Shown here piece after piece: positions 47,847 through 57,879 of a DNA stretch of 64,000 nt. The notes below the pieces were generated by a model, which was not told the origin of the DNA, searched no databases, and saw nothing but the letters and a program-made list of their open reading frames with translations. Made by a program: the position numbers and the translations under genes. The stretch covers positions 32,001 through 96,000 of the forward strand of contig CAVSIV010000001.1 of NCBI GenBank assembly GCA_963728205.1, written 5' to 3'. Every line of letters begins with the position of its first letter. Positions within the stretch are counted from its first letter, which is position 1. The stretch is from an uncultured Chloroflexia bacterium. GTDB taxonomy: Bacteria > Chloroflexota > Dehalococcoidia > UBA2979.

Positions 47847-50800
47847 TACCACCCGTCGACGAACGCCCGCTTCTTGCCCTCGCGCCGCACCGGCTTGATC
47901 GCCCGCAGCGTGCTCGCGACCCACGTCCGCGTCTCCGCCGGGTCGATCGTGTCGTCCACGCCGAAGAGCGACGCCTGGTTGAGCGCCTTCCCGTTCTCGT
48001 ACGCGCGCGCCACCATGGTCTCGTAGCGCTGCCGGCGCTCCTCCGGGTCTTCGATCGCAGCGAGGTCGTCGCGGTAGCCGAGCTTGATCGACCCCTCGAT
48101 GCCCATGCCGCCGAACTCGCCGGTCGGCCAGGACACCGTGAACGCCGGCTCCTTGTACGAGCCGCCGGCCATCGCGATCGCGCCGAGGCCGTAGGCCTTG
48201 CGCAGGATCACGGTCATGTAGGTCACGTCGAGGTTCGCGCCGACGAGGAACAGCCGGTTCGCGTGCCGCACGAGCGCCGTCTTCTCGATCTCGGGGCCGA
48301 CCATGATCCCCGGCGTGTCGCAGAAGAAGAGCACCGGGATGTCGAACGCGTCGCACAGCTGGAGGAAGCGCGCGGCCTTGTCGGCCCCGTCGGAGTCGAT
48401 GGCGCCGCCGAGATGCATCGGGTTGTTCGCGACAATCCCGAGCGGCCGCCCCTCGACCCGCGCGAACGCCGTCACCATGCCGCGGCCGAAGTCCCTGCGG
48501 ATCTCGAGCACCGAACCGACGTCTGCCAGCGTTTCGATCACGTCGCGCACGTGGTACACGCGCAGCCGGTTCTCGGGGATGATGCGCCGCATCCTGCGCT
48601 GGTCCGGCGCCTCCCAGTCCGCGACCGCGCCCTGGAAGTACGACAGGTACTGCTTCGCGACCGCGACCGCCTCGACCTCGTCCTTCACCAGTACGTCGAC
48701 CACGCCGTTCGGCGCCTGGATCTCCATCGGCCCGATGTCCTCCGGCGCGAAGACGCCGAGCCCCCCGCCCTCGATCATCGCCGGGCCGCCCATGCCGAGG
48801 TTCGAGTCCTCCGTCGCGATGATCACGTCGCAGCAGCCGAGCAGCGACGCGTTGCCGGCGAAGCAGCGCCCGTTGGTGATGCCGACCATGGGCACGAGCC
48901 CGGAGAGCGTGGCGAACTGCGAGAACGAGCGCGTGTCGCCCGGGCCGTTGCGGCCGTCGGTGTCGCCCGGCCGCCCGCCGCCGCCCTCGGCGAAGAGCAC
49001 GAGCGGCAGGCGCGCTTCGCGCGCGACCTTGATCATGCGGTCGGTCTTGCGGTGGTTCTGGCCGCCCTGCGTGCCGGCGAAGACGGTGTAGTCGTAGGCG
49101 ATCACGGCGGTGCGGTTCACGGGGTCGGGGAAGAGGTGGCCGTTCACGCTGCCGACGCCGGTGATCATGCCGTCGCGCGGCGAGCGCACGATCAGGTCCT
49201 CGATCGTGCGACGGGCGCGCTGGCCGGCGAGCACGAGCGGCCCGTACTCGACGAACGTGCCCGCGTCGAAGAGGTCCTCGACGTTCTCCTGCGTCGTGCG
49301 GTAGCCGCGGTCGTGGCGCCGCGCCACGGCGGCCGCGCGGTTCGCGTCGAAGGTCTTGGCGCGGCGATCGAGCACCTCGCCGAGGTCGCCGCGGATGTGA
49401 TCGAGGTCGACGTCCTCGGCCGCGTCGCCGGCGCCGGCCGCGACCTCGCCCTCCTCGATGAAGAGCAGCGGCGTGTCCTGCCAGACGGTGTCACCGACCT
49501 CGACGGCGAGGCGGCGCACGGTGCCGCTCACCTGCGCGGTGATCTCGTGCTCCATCTTCATCGCTTCCATCACGAGGAGCGGCCGGCCGACGTGCACGGT
49601 GTCGCCGACCGCGACCTCGACGGCGACGACGGTGCCCTGCAGCGGCGAGACGACCGGCACCGTGCCGTCGGGCGCGGCGACCGGCTGCGGCCGCGTCGCG
49701 GTGGTGCGGCGGGCGGCGGCCTGCTGCTGGCCGTAGTTGAGGACGGCGAGCGGGTCGGCGGCGTCGACCTTCGCGCCGGCGCGCGCGCGCTCGGCCGCGG
49801 TGGTGCCGGCGGGGGCCGCGGACGCGCCCGCGTTCGCCGCCGCCGGCGCAGCCGGCGCGGCCGCCGCGAAGAAGAGGCGGCGCCGCTCGGCGTTCGCCGC
49901 CGCCGACTGCACCAGCTCGCCCATGTGCTCGTCGACGAAGCGCGTGTAGGCGCGGCCGGCCCGCACGTCGGGGTGTGCGAGCAGCGCCTCGAGGAACGGG
50001 ATGTTCGTCGACACGCCCTCGATGCGGAACTCCGCGAGCGCCCGCTCGGCGCGCACCAGCGCGTCGTCGAACGACGGCGACGGCGAGTGCGCGATCACCT
50101 TCGCGAGCAGCGAGTCGAAGCGCGGGCTCGTGCGGTAGCCGGTGTAGCCGAAGGAGTCGGTGCGGATGCCGAGCCCGGACGGCGGCTCGAAGGCGGCGAG
50201 CATGCCGCCGGCCGGCATCGCCATGCCGTCGGCGCGCATCGTCTCCATGTTCACGCGCGCCTGGATCGCGAAGCCGCGCGGCGCCGGCACCTGCTCCTGC
50301 GTGAAGCCGAGGTCGGCGAGCGACCGCCCGCCCGCGAGCTCGAGCTGCAGGCGCACGAGGTCGACGCCCGTGATCTCCTCGGTGACGGTGTGCTCGACCT
50401 GCAGCCGCGCGTTGGCCTCGATGAACGAGAACGTCGTCTCGTGCCCGGGGTCGGAGGCGTCGACGAGGAACTCGAACGTGCCGAGGTTCTCGTAGTGCGT
50501 GGCGGCGGCGAGCCGCACGGCGGCCTCGAGGATGCGCGCGCGCAGGTCCTCCGGCAGCGCGGGCGACGGCGCGAACTCGACGATCTTCTGGTGGCGCCGC
50601 TGCAGCGAGCAGTCGCGCTCCCAGAAGTGCGTGACGCGGCCGGACTGGTCGCCCGGCGACCTGCACCTCGATGTGGCGGGCGCGCGGGACGAAGCGCTCG
50701 ACGTAGACCTCGGGGTGGCCGAACGCGGCCTGCGCCTCGGACCGGCAGCGGGCGTAGGCGTCGTCGAGCTCGCCGGCGTCGCGCACGACGCGCACGCCGC

Positions 50801-51299
50801 GGCCGCCGCCGCCGGCGACGGCCTTGATGATCATGGCGTCGGCGGCCGGGAGGGCGTCGAAGAACGCGTGCGCCTCCTCGAGCGAGGTCGTGCCGGCGGT
50901 GCCCTGCAGCACCGGCACGCCGTGCTCGGCCGCGACGGCGCGCGCGCGCACCTTGTCGCCGAACAGCTCGAGGCTCTCCGGCCGCGGCCCGACGAACGTG
51001 ATCGCGGCCTCGGCGCACGCGCGCGCGAAGGCCGCGTGCTCGCTGAGGAAGCCGTAGCCCGGGTGGACGGCGTCGCAGCCGGCGTCCCGCGCGGCCTGCA
51101 CGAGCTGCGCGATGTCGAGGTACGGCAGCGCGCCCTGTCCCCGCAGCGCCACGGCCTCGTCGGCCTTCTGCGTGTGCAGCGAGGTCGCGTCGTCCTCGGA
51201 GTAGACGGCAACGGTGCGGATGCCGAGCTCGGCGGCGGCGCGCATCACGCGGATGGCGATCTCGCCGCGGTTGGCGATCAGCAGGCCGGTGGACTTCAT
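47846..51299 (-). CDS. Single-chain acyl-CoA carboxylase (BC-BCCP-CT), paralogue 3; +1 frameshift near 50653
   Basis: MKSTGLLIANRGEIAIR...ARHIEVQVAG. Removing one G from GCCGGGCGAC restores GDQSGRVTHFWERDCS. EAMKM and CT motifs follow downstream. Confidence 0.9.
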
Positions 51300-51374
51300 G
51301 GGCTTCTCCTGCAACCGCGTCGCGGCCGTCCGTTGGGATGGTCCGCGCGCGGGCCCCGGCGGCGAGGCGACGCG

Positions 51375-51587
51375 CTAGGCGTCCAGTCGGACGATCACCG
51401 CCCCCTCATCCACGAACTGGTCGACCTCCACCAGCACCTCGGCGACGGTTCCGGCGGCGGGTGCGCCGATGGGCGTGAGCATCTTCATCGACTCGAGCGT
51501 GATCAGCTCCTGCTCGACCTGCACCGCGTCGCCCACGCCCACGTGGATCTCCGCGACGCGCCCCGGCCATTCCGACTTCACATCCAC
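51375..51587 (-). CDS. Stand-alone biotin carboxyl carrier protein
   Basis: 70 aa with VGDAV...LESMKMLTPI.APAAGTV...V.EG. GTG start with GGAAGG RBS. Confidence 0.88.
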   Translation of the reverse strand: MDVKSEWPGRVAEIHVGVGDAVQVEQELITLESMKMLTPIGAPAAGTVAEVLVEVDQFVDEGAVIVRLDA

Positions 51588-51717
51588 GCTCGGCGTCCTT
51601 CCATTGCATCTTCCTCGTGCCCCGTGACCGACCCGTGCGTGTCGCTCACGGCGTCGCCGGGACGCTCGCGCCCGGCGTGTGTGCAGCATGCGGTCGCGCA
51701 CCTCGCGACGCCAGCGT

Positions 51718-52800
51718 TCAACCGCGCGTCGGGGTCGATGCGCTGGATGCGGCGGGCTCGCCACCGGCCGGGCGCGCCGTATCCGCGCCCTCGACGAGGT
51801 GGCAGGCCACCCAGCGGCCCGGCTCGACCTCGCGCCAGGCCGGGACCTCGCTCGCGCAGCGGTCGACCGCGATCGGGCACCGGGGGTGGAAGCGGCAGCC
51901 GTTGGGCGGGTTCGCCGGGCTCGGGATCTCGCCGACCAGCGGCAGGCGCTTGCGGCCGCGCAGCTTCGGGTCGGGCAGCGGGATGGCCGAGAGCAGGATG
52001 CGTGTGTAGGGGTGCAGCGGATCCGCGAACAGCCGCTCCGACGGCGCGAGCTCGACGAGCCCGCCGAGGTACATCACGCCGGTCACGTCGCACGCCTGGT
52101 ACACGACCGCGAGGTCGTGCGCGATGGTCAGGTAGGTCAGGCCGAGGCGGTCCTGCAGGTCCTTCAGGAGGTTCAGGATCTGCGCCCGGATCGACACGTC
52201 GAGCGCGGACACCGGCTCGTCGAGAATGATCAGGTCTGGCTCGGCGACGATGGCGCGCGCGATCGCAACGCGCTGCCGCTGGCCCCCGGAGAACTCGTGC
52301 GGGAAACGGCGCTCCACGGCCGGGTTGAGGCCGACGAGCTCGAGCACCTCGGCGACGCGGTCGCGCAGCGGCCGCCCGCGCACGCCTTGCACGACGAGCG
52401 GCTCGCCGACGATGTCGCGCACGCGCATGCGCGGCGACAGCGAGCTGTTCGGGTCCTGGAACACGATGTGCGTCGCGCGCTGGAAGTCGCGCAGCTCGTG
52501 GCCGCGCAGCGCGTGGACGTCGCGGCCGCGGAAGCGGACGGCGCCGCCGGTCGGCTGCTCGAGTCGCAGGATCGTCTTGGCGACGGTCGTCTTCCCGGAG
52601 CCGGACTCGCCGACGAGCCCGAAGTTCTGCCCGCGCCGCACGACGAACGACACGCCGTCCACGGCGCGGATCGGCGGCGGACGCCGGCCGAAGATCGCGG
52701 CGACGGTCCCGGCGGCGAAGTGCTTCTGCAGCCGGTCGACCTCGAGGACGACCTCCGGCTCGCCCGCGGTGCCCGATGCGGCGCCAGGGGAGGCGGTCAT
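51718..52800 (-). CDS. ABC transporter ATP-binding subunit (OppF/DppF-like)
   Basis: GESGSGKT, FSGGQRQR, LDEPVSALD, HPYT and GCRFHPRC. Confidence 0.95.
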   Translation of the reverse strand: MTASPGAASGTAGEPEVVLEVDRLQKHFAAGTVAAIFGRRPPPIRAVDGVSFVVRRGQNFGLVGESGSGKTTVAKTILRLEQPTGGAVRFRGRDVHALRGHELRDFQRATHIVFQDPNSSLSPRMRVRDIVGEPLVVQGVRGRPLRDRVAEVLELVGLNPAVERRFPHEFSGGQRQRVAIARAIVAEPDLIILDEPVSALDVSIRAQILNLLKDLQDRLGLTYLTIAHDLAVVYQACDVTGVMYLGGLVELAPSERLFADPLHPYTRILLSAIPLPDPKLRGRKRLPLVGEIPSPANPPNGCRFHPRCPIAVDRCASEVPAWREVEPGRWVACHLVEGADTARPAGGEPAASSASTPTRG

Positions 52801-53903
52801 CCGACGCCTCCGTCCGCGGGGTGCGCCGCGACCTCGCGGGCGGCGCCGGCCGTGGCGGCGGCGGTGCGCGCGACGGCGTCGTCGTTGAGCCAGCAGCGCA
52901 CGTAGCCGCGCGGGCTGCGCGGGTCGCCCAGCGGCGTGATCGGCGGCTCCTCGGCGCGGCAGCGATCGAACGCCGCGTCACAGCGATCGGCGAAGGGGCA
53001 GCCGCGCTCGAGCGTGAGCAGGTCCGGCGGCTGCCCGGCGATCGACGGCAGGTGCCCGCCGCGACGCTCGAGCGTCGGCAGCGAGCGCAGCAGCGCGCGC
53101 GTATACGGGTGCTGCGGGTCGGCGAAGAGCGACTCGACGTCGGCGTACTCGACGATACGGCCGGCGTACATCACGGCCACGGTGTCGCAGATCTGCGCGA
53201 CGATCCCCATGTCGTGGGTGATGAACAGCAGGCTCACGCCGAACGCGTCGCGCAGCTCCAGCAGCAGGTCGAGCACCTGCGCCTGGATGGTGACGTCGAG
53301 CGCGGTCGTGGGCTCGTCCGCGATGATCAGGTCGGGCTTGCACGCGGCGGCCATCGCGATCGAGACGCGCTGGCGCATGCCGCCGCTGAAGTGCATCGGG
53401 AACTCGAGCAGCCGCCGGGCGGCGTCGGGGATGCGCACCGACGTGAGGATGTCCGTGACGGCGTCGAGGATCGAGTGCTCCCGCGGGGCGCGCTCCGGGT
53501 GGAAGCGGTACAGCTCGCCGACCTGCTCGCCGATGGTGAGCACGGGGTTGAGCGATGTCATCGGCTCCTGCAGCACCATCGAGATCTCTGCGCCGCGCAC
53601 CGCGCGCATCTCCGAGCCGCTGAGGTCGAGCAGGTTGCGGTCCTTGAACCAGATCCGACCGCCGGTGACGCGGCCGGGCACCGGGACGAGCCGCATGATC
53701 GAGCGCGCGGTCACGCTCTTGCCGGAGCCAGACTCACCGACCAGCCCGACGATCTCGCCGCGTCGCACGGCGAAGCTCACGTCGTTGACCGCGGGGATCA
53801 CGCCCTCGCGCGTGAAGAAGCTCGTGCGCAGGTGCTCGACGGACAGCACCATCTCGGCGTCCGGTCGTTCGCGGAGCGGCGGCGGCGGCGGCGTGTCGGC
53901 CAT
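52797..53903 (-). CDS. ABC transporter ATP-binding subunit (OppD/DppD-like)
   Basis: GESGSGKS, FSGGMRQR, ADEPTTALD and GCPFADRC. Start at MADTPP. Confidence 0.95.
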   Translation of the reverse strand: MADTPPPPPLRERPDAEMVLSVEHLRTSFFTREGVIPAVNDVSFAVRRGEIVGLVGESGSGKSVTARSIMRLVPVPGRVTGGRIWFKDRNLLDLSGSEMRAVRGAEISMVLQEPMTSLNPVLTIGEQVGELYRFHPERAPREHSILDAVTDILTSVRIPDAARRLLEFPMHFSGGMRQRVSIAMAAACKPDLIIADEPTTALDVTIQAQVLDLLLELRDAFGVSLLFITHDMGIVAQICDTVAVMYAGRIVEYADVESLFADPQHPYTRALLRSLPTLERRGGHLPSIAGQPPDLLTLERGCPFADRCDAAFDRCRAEEPPITPLGDPRSPRGYVRCWLNDDAVARTAAATAGAAREVAAHPADGGVG

Positions 53904-53917
53904 CGCGTCCCTCCCGT

Positions 53918-54847
53918 TCACGCGGCTCGTCGCAGGTGCGGGTCGAGCGCGTCGCGCAGCCAGTCGCCGAAGAGGTTGCCGGCGAGCGCGACGGCGAAGA
54001 TCGCGAGCCCGGGCACGGTGACCAGCCACCAGGCGACGGACATGTACCCGCGGCCGTCGGAGAGCATCAGGCCCCACGAGATCGTGGGCGGCGTGACGCC
54101 GAGCCCGAGGAAGCTCAGCGCCGCCTCGAAGATGATCACGACCGACAGCTCCAGCGTCGCCAGCACGACCACCGTGTTCATCACGTTCGGGAACAGGTGC
54201 TTCACGAAGATGCGCCGCCACGACGCCCCCGCGATGCGAGAGAGCAGCACAAAGTCCTGGTGCCGCAGCGAGAGCACCTCGGCGCGCACGAGGCGCGCGA
54301 ACCCCGCCCACGTGAACAGCACGATGATGACGAGCACGTTCCGCAGCCCCGGTTTGAGTACCGCCGCCAGCATCACGCCGAAGAGCAGCGGCGGCAGCGC
54401 GATCTGAAAGTCGACGAGCCGCATCAGCAGCGAATCGATGAAGCCGCCGAAGTACCCGGCGAGCATGCCGACGAGCGTGCCGACGAGCGCGGAGAGCGTG
54501 ACGGTCGTGAGCACCACGATCACCGTGACACGACTGGCGTAGACGAGGCGGCTGAACTCGTCGCGTCCGAGGTTGTCGGTGCCGAGCAGGTGCTCCATGC
54601 TCCCGCCGGCCGACCAGGCGGGAGGCCGCAGGCGGTCGGTGAGGGTCTGCTCGAAGGGGTCGTGCGGAGCGATCAGCGGCGAGGCCAGCGCCATCACCAC
54701 GACCGCCGTCCACACCACGAGCGGGAACAGCGGGTAGCGGCGGGCGAACCGCAGCGGCGCGAACGCGCGGCGCGCGCCCGAGCGCCACGGGCTCGCCGGC
54801 GGTGCGCCGAGCACCGCCTCTTCGGCCGGCGTGAGCGGGTTACGCAT
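53918..54847 (-). CDS. ABC transporter permease (OppC/DppC-like)
   Basis: HLLGTDNLGRD, HLFPN, LSFLGLG and GDWLRDALDP. Confidence 0.94.
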   Translation of the reverse strand: MRNPLTPAEEAVLGAPPASPWRSGARRAFAPLRFARRYPLFPLVVWTAVVVMALASPLIAPHDPFEQTLTDRLRPPAWSAGGSMEHLLGTDNLGRDEFSRLVYASRVTVIVVLTTVTLSALVGTLVGMLAGYFGGFIDSLLMRLVDFQIALPPLLFGVMLAAVLKPGLRNVLVIIVLFTWAGFARLVRAEVLSLRHQDFVLLSRIAGASWRRIFVKHLFPNVMNTVVVLATLELSVVIIFEAALSFLGLGVTPPTISWGLMLSDGRGYMSVAWWLVTVPGLAIFAVALAGNLFGDWLRDALDPHLRRAA

Positions 54848-55757
54848 AGCGGATCCGCGGGTCGATGAACATGTACGCGATGTCGGTCAGGAAGTTCGCG
54901 AGCACCACCGTCGTGGCCGTGAGCAGGACGGCGGCCTGCACGACGGGGAAGTCCGACACCTGGATGGCCTGGATGATCAGCCGCCCCACGCCGGGCCACG
55001 CGAAGATCGTCTCGGCGATCACCGAGCCCGCGAGCAGCGTGCCCAGCCGCAGGCCGAGGATCGTGATCACCGGGATCATCGCGTTGCGAAACGCGTGCTT
55101 CGCGATCACGACGCGCTCCGGCACGCCCTTCGCGCGCGCCATGGTCACGTAATCGCGGTTGAGGACGTCGAGCATCGAGGACCGGGTGAGGCGTGTGAGG
55201 CTCGCGGAGGCCGATGCGCCCAGCGTGATGCCGGGCAGGATCATGTGATCGAGCCCGCCGCGCCCGCCGGTCGGCAGCCAGTGCAGGCGCACCGCGAAGA
55301 GGAAGATCAGCATCAGGCCCAGCCAGAAGTCGGGTGCGGCCTGACCCACCAGCGCGATGGTGCGCGCACCGGCGTCGATCGGCGAGCCGCGCGTGATCGC
55401 GGCGAGGACCCCCAGGGGCAGCGAGATGGCGAGCGAGATCGCCAGCGCGAAGAGCGCGAGCTGCGCGCTTGCCGGAACCCGCTGCAGCACCTCCTTCATC
55501 GCCGGCTGGTTCGTGCGGAACGACGTCCCGAAGTCGCCGTGCATCGCGTCGCCGACGAAGCGCACGAACTGCACGGGCAACGGGTCGTTGAGGCCGAGCT
55601 CGGTCTTCAACTGGTTGATGTCCTGCTGCGAGAAGTCGAAGCCGACGAGGAGTGTGACGGGGTCGCCCGCGACGCGGGCAATCGAGAAGACGACGAGGAG
55701 CACGAGGAAGATCGTGAGCACCGACTGAATCGCGCGCACGACCAGGTATTGCGCCAT
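54840..55757 (-). CDS. ABC transporter permease (OppB/DppB-like)
   Basis: LGLNDPLPVQF, GDFGTS, DYVTMARAKG and FAWPGVG. Confidence 0.94.
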   Translation of the reverse strand: MAQYLVVRAIQSVLTIFLVLLVVFSIARVAGDPVTLLVGFDFSQQDINQLKTELGLNDPLPVQFVRFVGDAMHGDFGTSFRTNQPAMKEVLQRVPASAQLALFALAISLAISLPLGVLAAITRGSPIDAGARTIALVGQAAPDFWLGLMLIFLFAVRLHWLPTGGRGGLDHMILPGITLGASASASLTRLTRSSMLDVLNRDYVTMARAKGVPERVVIAKHAFRNAMIPVITILGLRLGTLLAGSVIAETIFAWPGVGRLIIQAIQVSDFPVVQAAVLLTATTVVLANFLTDIAYMFIDPRIRYA

Positions 55758-55820
55758 GACCCTCGACTTCCATCCGCGCGTGCGAACGGCCCGCGCGACC
55801 AGGGCTGCGCCGGTCGCCGG

Positions 55821-55858
55821 AATGGGCCCGCCCGGGGCGGCACAGGGGCGGGCCCGTT
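55821..55858. terminator. Stem-loop between binding-protein and permease genes (attenuator or mRNA stabiliser)
   Basis: GGGCCCGCCC ... GGGCGGGCCC inverted repeat just after the SBP stop. No long U-tract. Confidence 0.4.
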
Positions 55859-55882
55859 CCGGTCGTTACCGGGGATCGCCGA

Positions 55883-57652
55883 CTAGGCCGACGGGGCGAT
55901 GTTCCAGTACTCCGGCACCGCGAGCGTCTGCGCCCAGATGTCCCAGCTCCAGCCGGACTTCGCCGCGACGACGGTGACCGGCTCGTAGAGCCAGATGCTC
56001 TTCGCGCTCAGGTAGAAGTCCGTGATGATCTTCTCCAGCAGCGCGCGCCGCTTCTCGGTGTCGTATTCCTGCTCGCTCTTCTCGATCAGCGAGTCGATCT
56101 CCTTCGTGACGTCGCCCGCCGGCGTGATGTCGCGCGGCGTCCCGAGCGAGAAGTTCGACGTCGAGTGGTAGTTGTACCGGAAGTTCGCCCCGGGATCCGA
56201 CCCGCCGGCGCGGCCCCAGAAGACCAGCGGACCGAGCGTCTTGTCCTTCACCCGCGTGGTGACTTCCTGGTACTGCAGCTCCTGGATCGAGGTCTTGATG
56301 CCGACCTTCGACAGGTACTGCCCGACGGCCTCCATCACCGGCCGCGAGTTTGGCCAGCGGCCGATGGGCCCGAACATGCTCGTCTCGAAGCCGTCCGGGT
56401 AGCCCGCGTCGGCCAGCAGCTGCTTCGCCTTCGCCGGGTCGTAGCCGAACGTCTGCTTCTTCAGGTCCTCCGGGAAGCCGAAGCCCGACTGGGCCGAGCC
56501 GTAGGTCTTCCGTTCCTTGCCCGTCAGCACGTTGTTGATGATCGCATCGACGTCGACGGCGTAGTTCGCAGCGAGACGCACACGCTTGTCGATGAACGGG
56601 TTGGGCTTCCCGGTCGTCGGGTCGATGTCCATCGCCGTGTTCATGTCAATCATGATCGGCTGGTCGCCGTTGAGGTAGAACACCTTGAAGCCCTTGTCGC
56701 CCTCGAGCTGCTTCGCGATGTCCGACGAGACGTTGTGGATGAGGTCCAGCTCGCCGGCCTGCAGCGAGGCGACGCGCGCCTGGTCGTCCGGGATGACCTT
56801 CTGGATGAGCGTCTTGATGTACGAGGTGTGGAGCCCCGTCTTGTCGCCAATCGGGTGGTGGTACTTCTCCCACCGCTCGGCGCGGATCTCGGAGTCGGGC
56901 ACGCGCGAGGTGAACTTGTAGAAGCCCGCCCCGACCGGCTTCGCGGCGAAGCCGTCGTCGCCGACCTTCTCGATGTACGCCATGGGCACGATGAACAGGG
57001 GGCGCCGGAGGAAGATGATGTCCGGCTTCTCCATGTTGTACTTCACCGTGCGGTCGTCGATGACCTCGGCGCTCTTCACGATGCCTTTGAACTGCGCGGA
57101 GTACCCGGCCTTGTAGTCCGGGTTGTACTTGGCCTGGCCGATGTTGCAATCCATCGAGAACTTCGCGTCCTCGGCCTTGAGCTGGGAGCCGTCGTGGAAG
57201 TAGACGTCGGGGCGCAGCTTGATCGTCCAGGAGAGGTGGTCGGGCGCCTCCTCCCAGGACTCGGCGACGTCCGGGATCGAGTCCTTGGTGTTCCAGTCGA
57301 TGGTGGCGAGGCCGGCGCCGCCGAAGATGGTGGCGTAGGCGGGCCAGTTGCCGCCGCCGGTGCCGCCGAGCGATTGCGGGTCCATGCTGCCGACGTCGGA
57401 GCCGATGCCGGCGGTCAGCGTCTTGTCGGTGAGCTTCGCGCTGCCGGCGCTCTGCGTCGCGGCGGCCGTGGCGGTGCCGCCGGCCGCTGCGCCGCCGGAC
57501 GGCGCGGCCGTGCTGGTGGCGGGCGAGGACGAGCCGCCGCAACCAATCAGCGCGGCTCCGGCGAGCCCGGCGGCGCCGATGCCGGCCCCGCGCAGCAGGC
57601 CGCGCCGCGAGATCCTTCTATTGCCCCGGAGCCAGTAGTTTTGGCCAGACAT
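55883..57652 (-). CDS. ABC transporter family 5 substrate-binding lipoprotein (Tat signal)
   Basis: SRRGLLRG...AALIGC, KLRPDVYFHDG, PFIDKRVRLA and YDPAKAKQLLADAGYPDGF. GGAGG RBS. Confidence 0.93.
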   Translation of the reverse strand: MSGQNYWLRGNRRISRRGLLRGAGIGAAGLAGAALIGCGGSSSPATSTAAPSGGAAAGGTATAAATQSAGSAKLTDKTLTAGIGSDVGSMDPQSLGGTGGGNWPAYATIFGGAGLATIDWNTKDSIPDVAESWEEAPDHLSWTIKLRPDVYFHDGSQLKAEDAKFSMDCNIGQAKYNPDYKAGYSAQFKGIVKSAEVIDDRTVKYNMEKPDIIFLRRPLFIVPMAYIEKVGDDGFAAKPVGAGFYKFTSRVPDSEIRAERWEKYHHPIGDKTGLHTSYIKTLIQKVIPDDQARVASLQAGELDLIHNVSSDIAKQLEGDKGFKVFYLNGDQPIMIDMNTAMDIDPTTGKPNPFIDKRVRLAANYAVDVDAIINNVLTGKERKTYGSAQSGFGFPEDLKKQTFGYDPAKAKQLLADAGYPDGFETSMFGPIGRWPNSRPVMEAVGQYLSKVGIKTSIQELQYQEVTTRVKDKTLGPLVFWGRAGGSDPGANFRYNYHSTSNFSLGTPRDITPAGDVTKEIDSLIEKSEQEYDTEKRRALLEKIITDFYLSAKSIWLYEPVTVVAAKSGWSWDIWAQTLAVPEYWNIAPSA

Positions 57653-57687
57653 GACATCCCCTCCCTCTGGTCGTCGACCGTCCCGAG

Positions 57688-57754
57688 AGACTACCGGCGC
57701 GAGGCAGGCGGCCATCTACGTAAACTACGTGCTCGCAACGGAATGGCTACGTAT
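57688..57754 (-). promoter_or_regulatory. TACGTA operator triplet and -10 element upstream of the ABC operon
   Basis: TACGTA 57717, TACGTG 57726 and TACGTA 57748. TAGTCT on the minus strand at 57693-57688. Confidence 0.6.
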
Positions 57755-57879
57755 CTTCAGCATTCCCACATCCGCGACGTTGCGCACTTCCCCGCGCGTG
57801 CCGTACCCGTACCTGCGCTGACCGGCACCGGCGGACCGAGCCGGCACTTCGAACACGACACCGGGGAAATGCAGGCGCC

